A DNA stretch of 64,000 nt from Gammaproteobacteria bacterium (lineage in GTDB: Bacteria > Pseudomonadota > Gammaproteobacteria > Eutrophobiales > Eutrophobiaceae), in NCBI GenBank assembly GCA_965238225.1, contig OZ250183.1, positions 1,216,001 through 1,280,000 on the forward strand. Reading direction: 5' to 3'. The position numbers were made by a program, and so were the translations under genes. Shown here one piece after another: positions 32,640 to 42,147 of the stretch (its first letter is position 1; each line of letters opens with the position of its first letter). The notes below the pieces were generated by a model. It was not told where the DNA came from. It did not search any database and was given only the letters and a program-made list of their open reading frames with translations.

Positions 32640-34873
32640 GAATCTTTATCTTTTGGCTTGGGCTGAATTGGTTTTGTATTAGCCGTTTCGACCGTATGTA
32701 ATGGTGGTACATGGCTTTGATATCTATGTAGTTTGGCGTAATAACCATTGAATTTAATGAGTTGGTCGTGATTCCCTTGCTCGATAATGCGACCTTTATC
32801 CATCACCACAATGCGATGGCATTGGCGTACTGCGCTTAGGCGATGGGCTATGATAAACACCGTTCTGCCTTTACAGATGATAGACATATTCTCTTGAATC
32901 AAATGTTCGGATTCATAATCTAGGGCACTGGTGGCTTCATCAAAAATTAAAATGCTGGGATTGGTAATTAATGCGCGGGCAATAGCTAAGCGCTGGCGTT
33001 GCCCCCCGGAGAGATTACTGCCCTGTTCGCCTACTGTCGCATCATAACCTTCCTGTAAATCCGAAATAAACTCATGAGCACCCGACATTTTTGCAGCAGC
33101 AACCACGCGTTCCATAGGGATAGACGGATCAATGATAGCGATATTCTCTCTCACACTGCGGTTAAATAAAAAATTCTCTTGTAGAACGACACCAATTTGG
33201 TTACGCAGCCATGTAGTATCGATCATGGAGATATCTACGCCATCCATCAAGATTCTGCCAGATTCAACAACATAAAGCCGTTGAATTAATTTAGTAATAG
33301 TGCTTTTACCGGAACCAGAACGACCCACAATACCGATGACTTCGCCAGCGCGAATATTGAGGTGGATATCTTCTAAAATCACAGGGCCGTCTGGGCGGTA
33401 ACGGAAACGTACATGATCTAAAGTGACATTGCCTTGTAATGAAGGTAAGCGGGAACGATTAGGATTAAACCCGGGTTCCCGTGGCGTATTGAGAATATCC
33501 CCTAAACGTCTAATGGATATGCCCGCTTGCTGGAAGTCTTGCCAGAGTTGCACCAATTTCAAAACAGGTCCACTAACACGACCAGCCAACATATTAAACG
33601 CCACTAATTGACCCACAGAGATAGAGCCCTCAATCACTAAATGAACACCGATCCAGATAATGCCCAGTGTCATTAATTTATTAATCAGTCCCGCAATTTG
33701 GTTAGCAACGTTATTGAGGTTTTGGCTACGAAAAGAGGAATGCACATAACTGGATAAATAATCTTCCAACTTACGACGCATTTGTGGTTCGACTGCCATC
33801 GATTTAACCGTGCTGATGCCGGTGATAGACTCCGTTAAAAATGCAATGTTAGCAGCACCGTGTTGGAATTTTTCTTCAAGGCGTTTACGCAAGATTGGGG
33901 TAATAAAAACAGACAATAAAATATAAAAGGGAATGGTCGCCAATACGACCCATGTCAGTATCGGGCTGTAGTACCACATGACGGCCAAAAACACGAAGAC
34001 AAAAGATAAATCCAATATCAGCGTGAGTGCAGTTCCTGTAATAAAGTTACGGATGGTGTCCAGCTCGCGTACCCGTGCAACATTTTGCCCCACTTGGCGG
34101 GATTCAAAATAGGCCAAGGGTAAGGCCATTAAATGATTGTATAAGCGCGAGCCTAATTCCACGTCAACACGGTTCGTGGTATGGTTAAGGATGTAGTTGC
34201 GAATACCACCTAGCAAGGCTTCAAATATTACTACTACAAAAAATCCCACCGCCAATACATCTAAGGTAGTAAAACCGCGATGAACCAGAACTTTATCCAT
34301 TACCACCTGGAAAAATAAGGGGGTAGCCAAGGCAAACAGTTGCAGAAAAAATGAGGAGATTAAAACTTCACCAAAGAGTTTGCGGTATTTAACAAGTGAG
34401 GGAATAAACCAGGAGATATCAAAATGCTGTTGCAGGCTTTGACCTAAATGATGGCGGCGCGTGAGTGCAATTAATTTGCCCGTCCAAATACCGCTCAATT
34501 CATCAAGCGTGATGGCACGCGGGGCATCTTCCTGTAAATCATGAATAAGTGCAGTTTTCTGTGCAACTTGATTGTTAGAATCGCCCTTGTTTTCAGGAGG
34601 CTGCTGCTGATTCTCATTAACCGAGAGGCGTGCAATAATAAAGTAGTGACCATCATTGTGTTGTGCGATAGCAGGTAAGATACTGGTTTGAAGTGTATCG
34701 ACGGTCAATGAAAGAGATTTGGCTTTAAGCGTTAGCGCTTTAGCCGATTGTAATATTTCTGTTTCTGAAAAATCTTTTCCTGGCTCGCCGAACTCATGGG
34801 CAAGCTGATCTGGTTCCGCAGCAATTTGATAAAGACGCGCAATAGTGACAAGTGAATGTAATCCAGTATCCAT
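32636..34873 (-). CDS. hlyB: HlyB-family type I secretion ABC transporter (C39-like domain, permease, ATPase)
   Basis: MDTGLHSL, VMDKVLVHRG, GRSGSGKST, LSGGQRQR, DEATSALD. Confidence 0.95.
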   Translation of the reverse strand: MDTGLHSLVTIARLYQIAAEPDQLAHEFGEPGKDFSETEILQSAKALTLKAKSLSLTVDTLQTSILPAIAQHNDGHYFIIARLSVNENQQQPPENKGDSNNQVAQKTALIHDLQEDAPRAITLDELSGIWTGKLIALTRRHHLGQSLQQHFDISWFIPSLVKYRKLFGEVLISSFFLQLFALATPLFFQVVMDKVLVHRGFTTLDVLAVGFFVVVIFEALLGGIRNYILNHTTNRVDVELGSRLYNHLMALPLAYFESRQVGQNVARVRELDTIRNFITGTALTLILDLSFVFVFLAVMWYYSPILTWVVLATIPFYILLSVFITPILRKRLEEKFQHGAANIAFLTESITGISTVKSMAVEPQMRRKLEDYLSSYVHSSFRSQNLNNVANQIAGLINKLMTLGIIWIGVHLVIEGSISVGQLVAFNMLAGRVSGPVLKLVQLWQDFQQAGISIRRLGDILNTPREPGFNPNRSRLPSLQGNVTLDHVRFRYRPDGPVILEDIHLNIRAGEVIGIVGRSGSGKSTITKLIQRLYVVESGRILMDGVDISMIDTTWLRNQIGVVLQENFLFNRSVRENIAIIDPSIPMERVVAAAKMSGAHEFISDLQEGYDATVGEQGSNLSGGQRQRLAIARALITNPSILIFDEATSALDYESEHLIQENMSIICKGRTVFIIAHRLSAVRQCHRIVVMDKGRIIEQGNHDQLIKFNGYYAKLHRYQSHVPPLHTVETANTKPIQPKPKDKDS

Positions 34874-35177
34874 GCCAGTGTTGTGACCCCCCTTTTTTTT
34901 AGAAAATTATCAGACAAAGATCAAAATTATTTGATCTCGAAATATTATATAATTATATTATATAATTATTTTAGCGTTATTATCGCAAAGATTTGGACGA
35001 TGCTACTTGATTAAAAATGTTATGCAATCACTGGTTTGCCATCAGTATCGGCAGTATATACCGAGCTAATATCTATTTTGCCCAATATCTAATTTCCTAA
35101 GCAATGATGGCAGAATAATAACAACAAACTAAACGATAAACCATATACAGCACGTAAAAAAACCTCATACATTAAAA

Positions 35178-35651
35178 ATGAAATTACACAATTTAATTAT
35201 CACGCTACTTTTCCGTACTCTGCTTGCCGTGGTCTTGTTTCCCATGCACTATGCTTTGGCAAGTGAAAATATTATTATCAATAATGCATGGCTTCGTGAA
35301 GCACCTCCAAGCATCAAGGTAATGGCAGGCTATTTGGATATTGAAAATAGGTCAGATGAAACTTTAACTCTTATCTTCGCAGAAAGCACTGAATTTGGAC
35401 ATATTGAATTTCATCTAAGTGAGATACAAGATGGCATAGCGAAGATGCAACAACAAAACGAAATTATGATTGCTGCAAATACTACTTTCATATTTTCGCC
35501 AAAAAATTACCACCTGATGTTATTTAATAATATTGTCCCTATGCGCGAAGGTCGTATCGTCCCGATTAAGCTTACATTTAGTAATGGTAAGACACATACT
35601 TTTAACGCCCCTATTAAACGTTCTATTGCTAAACGTTCTATTGCTAAATGA
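35178..35651 (+). CDS. Copper chaperone PCu(A)C
   Basis: Signal peptide; NAWLRE, MAGYL, IEFH...M, YHLML metal-binding motif. Confidence 0.85.
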   Translation: MKLHNLIITLLFRTLLAVVLFPMHYALASENIIINNAWLREAPPSIKVMAGYLDIENRSDETLTLIFAESTEFGHIEFHLSEIQDGIAKMQQQNEIMIAANTTFIFSPKNYHLMLFNNIVPMREGRIVPIKLTFSNGKTHTFNAPIKRSIAKRSIAK

Positions 35652-35744
35652 TTTGTTATCACACAGTCTAATGTGACTGATATACATAAAACAACACGAA
35701 CATCGTCATTAATTTTCTATTCTAATTTTTAGTCCATAATATTT

Positions 35745-36647
35745 ATGAATAATAATAATCAAATAATAATATTCTTAGATAAGTTAATAGTTCTGCTACA
35801 ATATTTTATCCCGCAACATTTTTTGACAAGCCTTACGTATCGAATCGCTCGCTGCGAAATACCATGGTTTAAAAAAATCTTAATTAAATTATTTATTAAA
35901 ATCTTCGATGTTGATATGACATTGGCAAATAACCCGGATCCAGAATGCTATTTAAGCTTTAATGCTTTTTTTACCCGGCAACTTTCAAAAAAAGCAAGGC
36001 CAATGGTATTAAATAGTCACGCCGTCTTTAGTCCAGTGGATGGTTCTGTTAGTCAAATCGGTAATATTATTCAAGACGATAATACAAACAATAGCAAGGA
36101 CACCATCATACAAGCCAAAGGAAAGTCATACACTTTAAAAGATTTACTTGTAGAAGATGCGCTGGTTGCAATGTTTTCAGGTGGCACATTCGCTACACTC
36201 TATCTTTCGCCAAAAGACTATCACCGTATTCATATGCCGATAGCAGGACAACTCAAGCGAATGATTTATGTGCCGGGTAAGTTATTCGGCGTCGGCGCGC
36301 GCACCGTGTGTGTTGTCGATGCAGTATTTGCAAAAAATGAACGTATCATTAATATTTTTTATACCAGTATTGGTTCGATGGCAATAGTCATGGTTGGCGC
36401 TCTTAATGTCGGTAGCATGGAAACGGTTTGGGCGGGACAAGTTACTCCATCGCAAGATAGAATTATCAACGACACACAATATTCGCACAATGATATTCAA
36501 TTAAACCAAAGTCAAGAGATGGGCAGATTTAATATGGGTTCAACTGTTATCCTACTGTTTCCAAAAAATGTGATGCAATGGTCTGCTGAGATGATGGCAG
36601 AAAAGCCTGTAGTAATAGGACAGCCTATTGGCAGCATTACGGTATAA
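35745..36647 (+). CDS. psd: Phosphatidylserine decarboxylase proenzyme
   Basis: FNAFFTR, YLSPKDYHRIHMP, FNMGSTV self-cleavage motif. Confidence 0.93.
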   Translation: MNNNNQIIIFLDKLIVLLQYFIPQHFLTSLTYRIARCEIPWFKKILIKLFIKIFDVDMTLANNPDPECYLSFNAFFTRQLSKKARPMVLNSHAVFSPVDGSVSQIGNIIQDDNTNNSKDTIIQAKGKSYTLKDLLVEDALVAMFSGGTFATLYLSPKDYHRIHMPIAGQLKRMIYVPGKLFGVGARTVCVVDAVFAKNERIINIFYTSIGSMAIVMVGALNVGSMETVWAGQVTPSQDRIINDTQYSHNDIQLNQSQEMGRFNMGSTVILLFPKNVMQWSAEMMAEKPVVIGQPIGSITV

Positions 36648-36762
36648 CAGCATTAGAAATTTTTCTCATAAGTTATCTCCTGTGTGTATAATGCTTGAAT
36701 TCACCGATCAGACAATGCGCAATGCCTTGCTGCTTTTGCAAGGTGCGTAGCGTTGGCAAACT

Positions 36763-37203
36763 TTGATTATCACTTATATAGCTATAATTGGATTAAAACA
36801 AAGAGGTGGAAAAATTAAAGCAGAACCTATAAAAGATACTTCCTTAAGCACCACTCATAAGGTAATCTTAGATAACGTGAAGATAGGCAGTCAGTTATAC
36901 ACAGATGATGCAAGACACTGGACTAAAGGCGTACATGGTTACCAACATCAGAGCGTTAATCATTCAGCTAAAGAGTATGTAAATGGTATGGCGCATACCA
37001 ACGGCATAGAGTCTTTTTGGGCACTTCTCAAACGTGGCTTTTACGGCACTCACCATCACATGAGTAACAAACACATTGGACGTTATGTCTCTGAGTTTGC
37101 AGGCAGGAAAAATGACAGAAAAACTGACACCATTTGCCAGATGCAAACCATCGCAGGAAGCATGATTGGTGCTCAGCTAAGGTATAAAGACTTGGTTGCG
37201 TAA
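36763..37203 (+). pseudogene. IS1595-family (ISXO2-like DDE) transposase, N-terminally truncated
   Basis: LYTDD, VNHS..EYV, HTNGIESFWALLKRG, HHMSNKHIGRYVSEF, LRYKDL. The zinc ribbon and first catalytic Asp region are absent. Confidence 0.88.
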
Positions 37204-37215
37204 AGGGGAAAACTT

Positions 37216-37689
37216 ATGAATACTCACTCAGCAATTTCAGTAGCTAGGTATATTATCCATGGCTCAAAAGAGCAAGATCGTTATGTAACACCTATGCAGT
37301 TAATAAAATTAGTTTATTTATGCCATGGCTGGATGCTTGGACTTCACAGTCGTCCGTTAATTTCTGATCCTATAGAGGCGTGGCAATATGGCCCAGTCAT
37401 TCCGTCTTTATACGCTGTTGTGAAAGAATTTAAAGATAATATTATTGTAGAGGGTTTGCCAAATGTAACTGAACCAGAATTTGATGATTCAGAGAAAGAT
37501 TTAATGGATCAGGTAATAGAAGTGTACAAGAATCACAGTGGTATTTCTCTTTCAACCTTGACACATAAAAAAGACACGCCTTGGGATAAAGTGTGGACTC
37601 GTTATGGTAAATATACAAATGGGGTTATACCAAATGATTTAATCTCAGACCATTTTAAAGCATTATATGAGCAAAGCAGAGATCAATAA
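37216..37689 (+). CDS. Panacea-domain (DUF4065/SocA/GepA-like) antitoxin
   Basis: TPMQLIKLVYLCHGW, EAWQYGPVIPSLY, LSTLTH...PW. Confidence 0.88.
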   Translation: MNTHSAISVARYIIHGSKEQDRYVTPMQLIKLVYLCHGWMLGLHSRPLISDPIEAWQYGPVIPSLYAVVKEFKDNIIVEGLPNVTEPEFDDSEKDLMDQVIEVYKNHSGISLSTLTHKKDTPWDKVWTRYGKYTNGVIPNDLISDHFKALYEQSRDQ

Positions 37690-38135
37690 TGGATGGAAAG
37701 AGAGTACCTCAAAATTTATATCCTAGCAGTGAAGATGAAGGTAGTGAAGATGAAGTTGCAGTCAAAGAAAACTTAGCGTTTAAAAGAGTACCTCAAAATT
37801 TATATCCTAGTAGTGAAGATGAAGGTAGTGAAGATGAAGTTGCAGTCAAAGAAAACTTAGCGTTTAAAAAAGAGGATCTTTCTAAAAAGGCTATAGAAAA
37901 AGATTTTTACAGGAAAGAATTTGTAAAAGATAAATTATTGCACGTGATAATAACTATACTTAGTGCTTTCGCAATAATTGTAATGTTAGGGCTGATTATA
38001 TGGGCATATCATTTGCTGGTGCCAATACCTTGGCACTGGTTATCTGAAAACCAAATTTTTGAAATACAAAAAATAATGTCTGGCGGATTACTTGCTATGG
38101 TCTTTGGCGAAGCGGTAAGAAAATACTTAAAATAA
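37689..38135 (+). CDS. Putative membrane toxin partner of the Panacea antitoxin
   Basis: TAATG coupling to the Panacea gene; acidic N-terminus and two C-terminal hydrophobic helices. Confidence 0.6.
   Translation: MDGKRVPQNLYPSSEDEGSEDEVAVKENLAFKRVPQNLYPSSEDEGSEDEVAVKENLAFKKEDLSKKAIEKDFYRKEFVKDKLLHVIITILSAFAIIVMLGLIIWAYHLLVPIPWHWLSENQIFEIQKIMSGGLLAMVFGEAVRKYLK
37701..37868 (+). repeat. 84-bp in-frame tandem duplication (2 copies)
   Basis: 37701-37784 matches 37785-37868 except one synonymous C/T; encodes RVPQNLYPSSEDEGSEDEVAVKENLAFK twice. Confidence 0.95.
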
Positions 38136-38149
38136 AGAGTACGATAAAA

Positions 38150-38308
38150 ATGACCAAAAAAACCAACAAAGGCAGACCGCCTAAAAACATCATTCCATCT
38201 ATACCAGCAACGCCAGAAGAAGTGGCAAAGACTATTACGCAAACCCCACCAAAAAAGAATTGGCGTTATTTAAAAGAATCTAAGTGGGAGTTTGGACGGG
38301 CTAGTTAA
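38150..38308 (+). CDS. 52-aa small protein next to the IS1595 right end (not in the ORF track)
   Basis: MTKKTNKGRPPKNIIPSIPATPEEVAKTITQTPPKKNWRYLKESKWEFGRAS*; co-oriented with the passenger genes. Confidence 0.6.
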   Translation: MTKKTNKGRPPKNIIPSIPATPEEVAKTITQTPPKKNWRYLKESKWEFGRAS

Positions 38309-38337
38309 GAGGACGGGTAAGATTGTATATAATTCCC

Positions 38338-38806
38338 ATAAAAAAGTATTTTTAAAGTTATCAGGGTGTTGTCCTTCGCCATAATCATAAACCATCAAAT
38401 CTGGCTTATCTTCATTTCCTGTGGCAATTATTTGGATATTATCTCTTGCCATTTTAGTACGCGCACCACTTGGTAATTCACCAATATCACCTTTGGGAAT
38501 ATCAAAAAACTTCTCTGTTGCTTGTTCCATTGTTTTTGGCGCATCTTTTGATTTTGGATCAATGCCTTTTTGTCTGCATTGTTTTAGCAATAGAGCATCG
38601 ATTGAATTAGTAATTTTTTCAACTAAAGCGGCTCCAGAATGGGCTTGTTGATTCTCAAAAGTGCTGAAATTAGACCTATCGTCTTTATCTCTCCCTCCAT
38701 ACGGATACCAATTATTGGGATTTCTTAAACATTCATTTTCAATAATCAATTCATGCAAGTCACCTTCTCCATTGCAGTGAAATATTTGCCAAAATAATTT
38801 TTCCAT
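38338..38806 (-). pseudogene. N-terminal fragment of a GHKL-type ATPase protein, truncated by the IS end
   Basis: ALVEKITNSIDA (motif I) and YDYGEGQ (motif II). After ...FKNTFL the ORF reads into the IS terminus (WELYTIL = TGGGAATTATATACAATC). Confidence 0.7.
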
Positions 38807-38893
38807 GTCTTCGCCCCCCCCCTTATAATTATATTGAACTTCTAATATTGAATTTATAATGTAAAATTTGGTTCGTCTCTCAATCTTACCTGC

Positions 38894-40540
38894 TTAACCC
38901 AAAGTCTTTGTCTTTACTCTTGGCACTGCCGCCAATAACTTTTGTGTGTAAGGGTCTTGTGGATTACTCAGCACTGTATCAACTGTGCCCTGCTCTACAA
39001 TTTTACCCTGATACATAACCGCAACATAATGCGCCATATATTCAACGATACTTATATCATGAGTAATAAATAAATAGGCTAGACTCGTGTTTTTTTGCAA
39101 GTCTTTCAGAAGTCTAAGAATCTGTGCCTGCACAGAGACATCCAATGCGCTTGTGATCTCATCACAAACAATTAATTTTGGTTCGACAGCCAACGCCCTA
39201 GCGATACATATTCTCTGCCGCTGCCCACCGGAGAACTCGTGAGGGTAACGATTTTTATGGACAGGCTCAAGACCCACATGCTCAAGTAATTCATCGATAC
39301 GCTGCATACGCTTTTGCTTTGAGCCACCTATTTTCTGAGCAATCATTCCTTCGGCAATAATATCCGCTATCATCATGCGTGGATTCATTGATGAATAGGG
39401 ATCCTGAAATATAATTTGTATGTCAGATCTTTTTTGCCCTAATGCGTTATCTTTTAATTGCGTAAGTGCCTCGCCATCAAAAATTACACTGCCATGAGAT
39501 GCGTGTATTAATTTCAAAATACCCTTGCCAAAGGTAGTTTTTCCTGAACCAGACTCACCCACTATGGCAAATGTCTGTCCGCTATATATATCAATAGACA
39601 CGCCATCTACCGCGCGCACAAAGCCAATCGTTTTTTGCAAAAGTCCTTTTTTTATTGGGAAATGTACTTTCAAATCACGCACTTTTAGCAAAGCATGGGC
39701 ATTATTATTATCTGTAATATTGTATGCGGATTTTGATTGGGCATCTCTTGTAAGTTTGCAAGGCTGCGCATCGAACAATGCTTTGGAATACGGATGCCTT
39801 GGGTTTGCATAAAATGAATCTCTACAATTCTGCTCAACGAGCTTGCCATAACGCATCACGGCGACATCATCTGCCATCTCAGATGCCACCGCCAAATCAT
39901 GCGTGATAAACAAAATAGCCATACCGGTATCTTTTTGTATTTGTCGCAAAAGATCCAGAATTTGCGCCTGTATGGTGACATCCAAGGCAGTTGTTGGCTC
40001 ATCAGCAAGCAATAGATCAGGCTCGCCTGCCAATGCAATGGCAATCATTATTCTTTGTTTCATGCCGCCTGAAAACTGATGTGGATATTCATCAATACGT
40101 CTTTCGGCTTCTGGAATGCCTACAGATTCAAGCAATTCAAGGGATCGCATGCGTTGTTTACGTCCGTATATATTTTTATGTTGCTTTAATGTCTCGCTGA
40201 TTTGCTGGCCTGCGGTGAGCACAGGATTAAGTGATGTTTGTGGTTCTTGAAATATCATAGCGATGCGTCTGCCACGAATATCCCGCATTGCGAACTCTGG
40301 CAAAACAAGCAGATCTTTACCGTCGAGAAGGATTTCGCCGCGCTTGATACGTGCCGCAGCAGGCAATAAACGCATAATCGACAAAGCGGTGATTGATTTA
40401 CCGCTGCCTGATTCGCCGAGCAACGCAAATGTTTGTCCATGATTGATTGTAAAACTTATATTATCAACAGCAAATTCAATGTGCTTATCTTGAACAAACG
40501 AAGTTTGTAGATTGGCTACTTTAAGCAAAGGCGAATTCAT
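38894..40540 (-). CDS. Peptide ABC transporter ATP-binding protein (double NBD)
   Basis: Two GESGSGKS/T motifs, YPHQFSGGMKQR, YPHEFSGGQRQR. Confidence 0.92.
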   Translation of the reverse strand: MNSPLLKVANLQTSFVQDKHIEFAVDNISFTINHGQTFALLGESGSGKSITALSIMRLLPAAARIKRGEILLDGKDLLVLPEFAMRDIRGRRIAMIFQEPQTSLNPVLTAGQQISETLKQHKNIYGRKQRMRSLELLESVGIPEAERRIDEYPHQFSGGMKQRIMIAIALAGEPDLLLADEPTTALDVTIQAQILDLLRQIQKDTGMAILFITHDLAVASEMADDVAVMRYGKLVEQNCRDSFYANPRHPYSKALFDAQPCKLTRDAQSKSAYNITDNNNAHALLKVRDLKVHFPIKKGLLQKTIGFVRAVDGVSIDIYSGQTFAIVGESGSGKTTFGKGILKLIHASHGSVIFDGEALTQLKDNALGQKRSDIQIIFQDPYSSMNPRMMIADIIAEGMIAQKIGGSKQKRMQRIDELLEHVGLEPVHKNRYPHEFSGGQRQRICIARALAVEPKLIVCDEITSALDVSVQAQILRLLKDLQKNTSLAYLFITHDISIVEYMAHYVAVMYQGKIVEQGTVDTVLSNPQDPYTQKLLAAVPRVKTKTLG

Positions 40541-40731
40541 AGCTTAATATTATACGATTGACAGTGTTGCATCCTGCAGCATGATGTCTACACAAGGCAT
40601 TGTGTGCTGGAGAAAATCTATCACCTTTGGGCGGCTACAACAAAGAAAGCACACAGCGCTTTGTATACAGACAAAATGGTGCGGTTTAATCCAAATAAAA
40701 CAGGCGGAGTTTTTTGCAATCATTGATTTTT

Positions 40732-42147
40732 TTAAGATCCACGTATCCTCGGGTCAAAGGCATCACGAAGCGCATCAGAAAACAAATTAGCAGCCAACAC
40801 CAAAACAAACATAAACACGAAGGCGGAGGCCAGTGACCACCATACAACAGGCTCCCGTGCCATTTCTAAACGCGCACTATTAATCATATTGCCCCAACTA
40901 TGCATACTAGGGTCGACACCAATATTAATATAAGACAATACAGCCTCAGCTAAAACTAGGCCGCTAAAATCCAATGCGATTGAAATCATCACAATATGCA
41001 TTACATTCGGCAATAAATGCCGAGTTATGATAGTGAAATGCCCCACACCAAAGGCCTTAGCAGCCTGCACATAATCAAATTCTCGAATTTTCATGGTCTC
41101 ACCTCTTAACATTCGGCAAAGCCCTGTCCAACTCGTTACTCCTAAAATAATACAAAGAAATAATAAACGCATATCTGCCCGCTGTTCTACACTTACAAAA
41201 TCATCCGCATGGTTTGCCATGTAGATTTGCAACATCAAAATCGCTGCTGCAATCAATAAAACACCGGGGATAGAACTGATCGTGGTGTAGAGATACTGAA
41301 TCACATCATCTATCCAACCACGAAAATATCCAGCCATTAAGCCCATTAATATAGCAAAAGGTAACATCACTAATGTTGTTAGTGTGCCAATAACAAGACC
41401 GGTTCTAATGCTCTTTAGCGCTTGATAAAAAACATCTTGTCCGATTTTGTCCGTTCCAAGAATATAATAATAGCCAGAAAGCGTTAGTGAGACGCTCAAG
41501 ACAACGAGCACAATACCCAAGGTAAGATAAATAACTTTCCAAGGGATATCGCTGTGCGAAAAAATGCCATGAAAGACATTCTTAAATGAGTTTTTTTGCC
41601 AACACTTCACAATGAAAATAATAACCCCTGAAATAAAACACCAAAAAACCAAACCATAAAACAATCCCGTCAGTGATTTCAGTAAAATATCCATTGTTTT
41701 TTCTTGTTCGGGAAAGCGCAAATGTGCCCCGCCGTACTGCAAGCGAGGAAATTCACGTATTGTCGAACTGTCTGCAAGCTCGGTGGTTTCTTTAGAATAA
41801 GCATATGCTGCAAACGGTGCGGAATAGGTTTTTTCATTCTGTGTCCGCAAATGAATTAGCACAACATCAAGTACGCTGGATACTTCTGTTGAATAAATTA
41901 TCTGTTTTGAACCTTGCGCCTGCTTGTCATCTGCGCTCTCAAGTCGCGGGTAAAAATGAATTGAATCAATCAAACCAATCAGAATATAAAAAAACAAAAT
42001 GACTGCTGATGCCATAGCCATTGGATTTCTTGCCACTATTTTCCATGGTGCTTGAAGATATTCATGGCAACGCGCGTACCAGATAAAACCAAATACCATT
42101 GTCAGTAATAAGAATACAAGTGCATCTGTAATAAATAATACGGGCAT
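40732..42147 (-). CDS. Peptide ABC transporter permease (OppC-like)
   Basis: LGTDKIGQDV, YVQAAKAFG, HLLPN, DALRDAFDPR. Confidence 0.9.
   Translation of the reverse strand: MPVLFITDALVFLLLTMVFGFIWYARCHEYLQAPWKIVARNPMAMASAVILFFYILIGLIDSIHFYPRLESADDKQAQGSKQIIYSTEVSSVLDVVLIHLRTQNEKTYSAPFAAYAYSKETTELADSSTIREFPRLQYGGAHLRFPEQEKTMDILLKSLTGLFYGLVFWCFISGVIIFIVKCWQKNSFKNVFHGIFSHSDIPWKVIYLTLGIVLVVLSVSLTLSGYYYILGTDKIGQDVFYQALKSIRTGLVIGTLTTLVMLPFAILMGLMAGYFRGWIDDVIQYLYTTISSIPGVLLIAAAILMLQIYMANHADDFVSVEQRADMRLLFLCIILGVTSWTGLCRMLRGETMKIREFDYVQAAKAFGVGHFTIITRHLLPNVMHIVMISIALDFSGLVLAEAVLSYINIGVDPSMHSWGNMINSARLEMAREPVVWWSLASAFVFMFVLVLAANLFSDALRDAFDPRIRGS

Larger units (their letters stand above)
36763..38337 (+). 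mobile_element. Left-truncated IS1595-family element carrying passenger genes
   Basis: Transposase C-terminal half, two passenger ORFs, a small ORF, then right end ...GATTGTATATAATTCCC (38337), which abuts and truncates the neighbouring gene. Confidence 0.75.
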
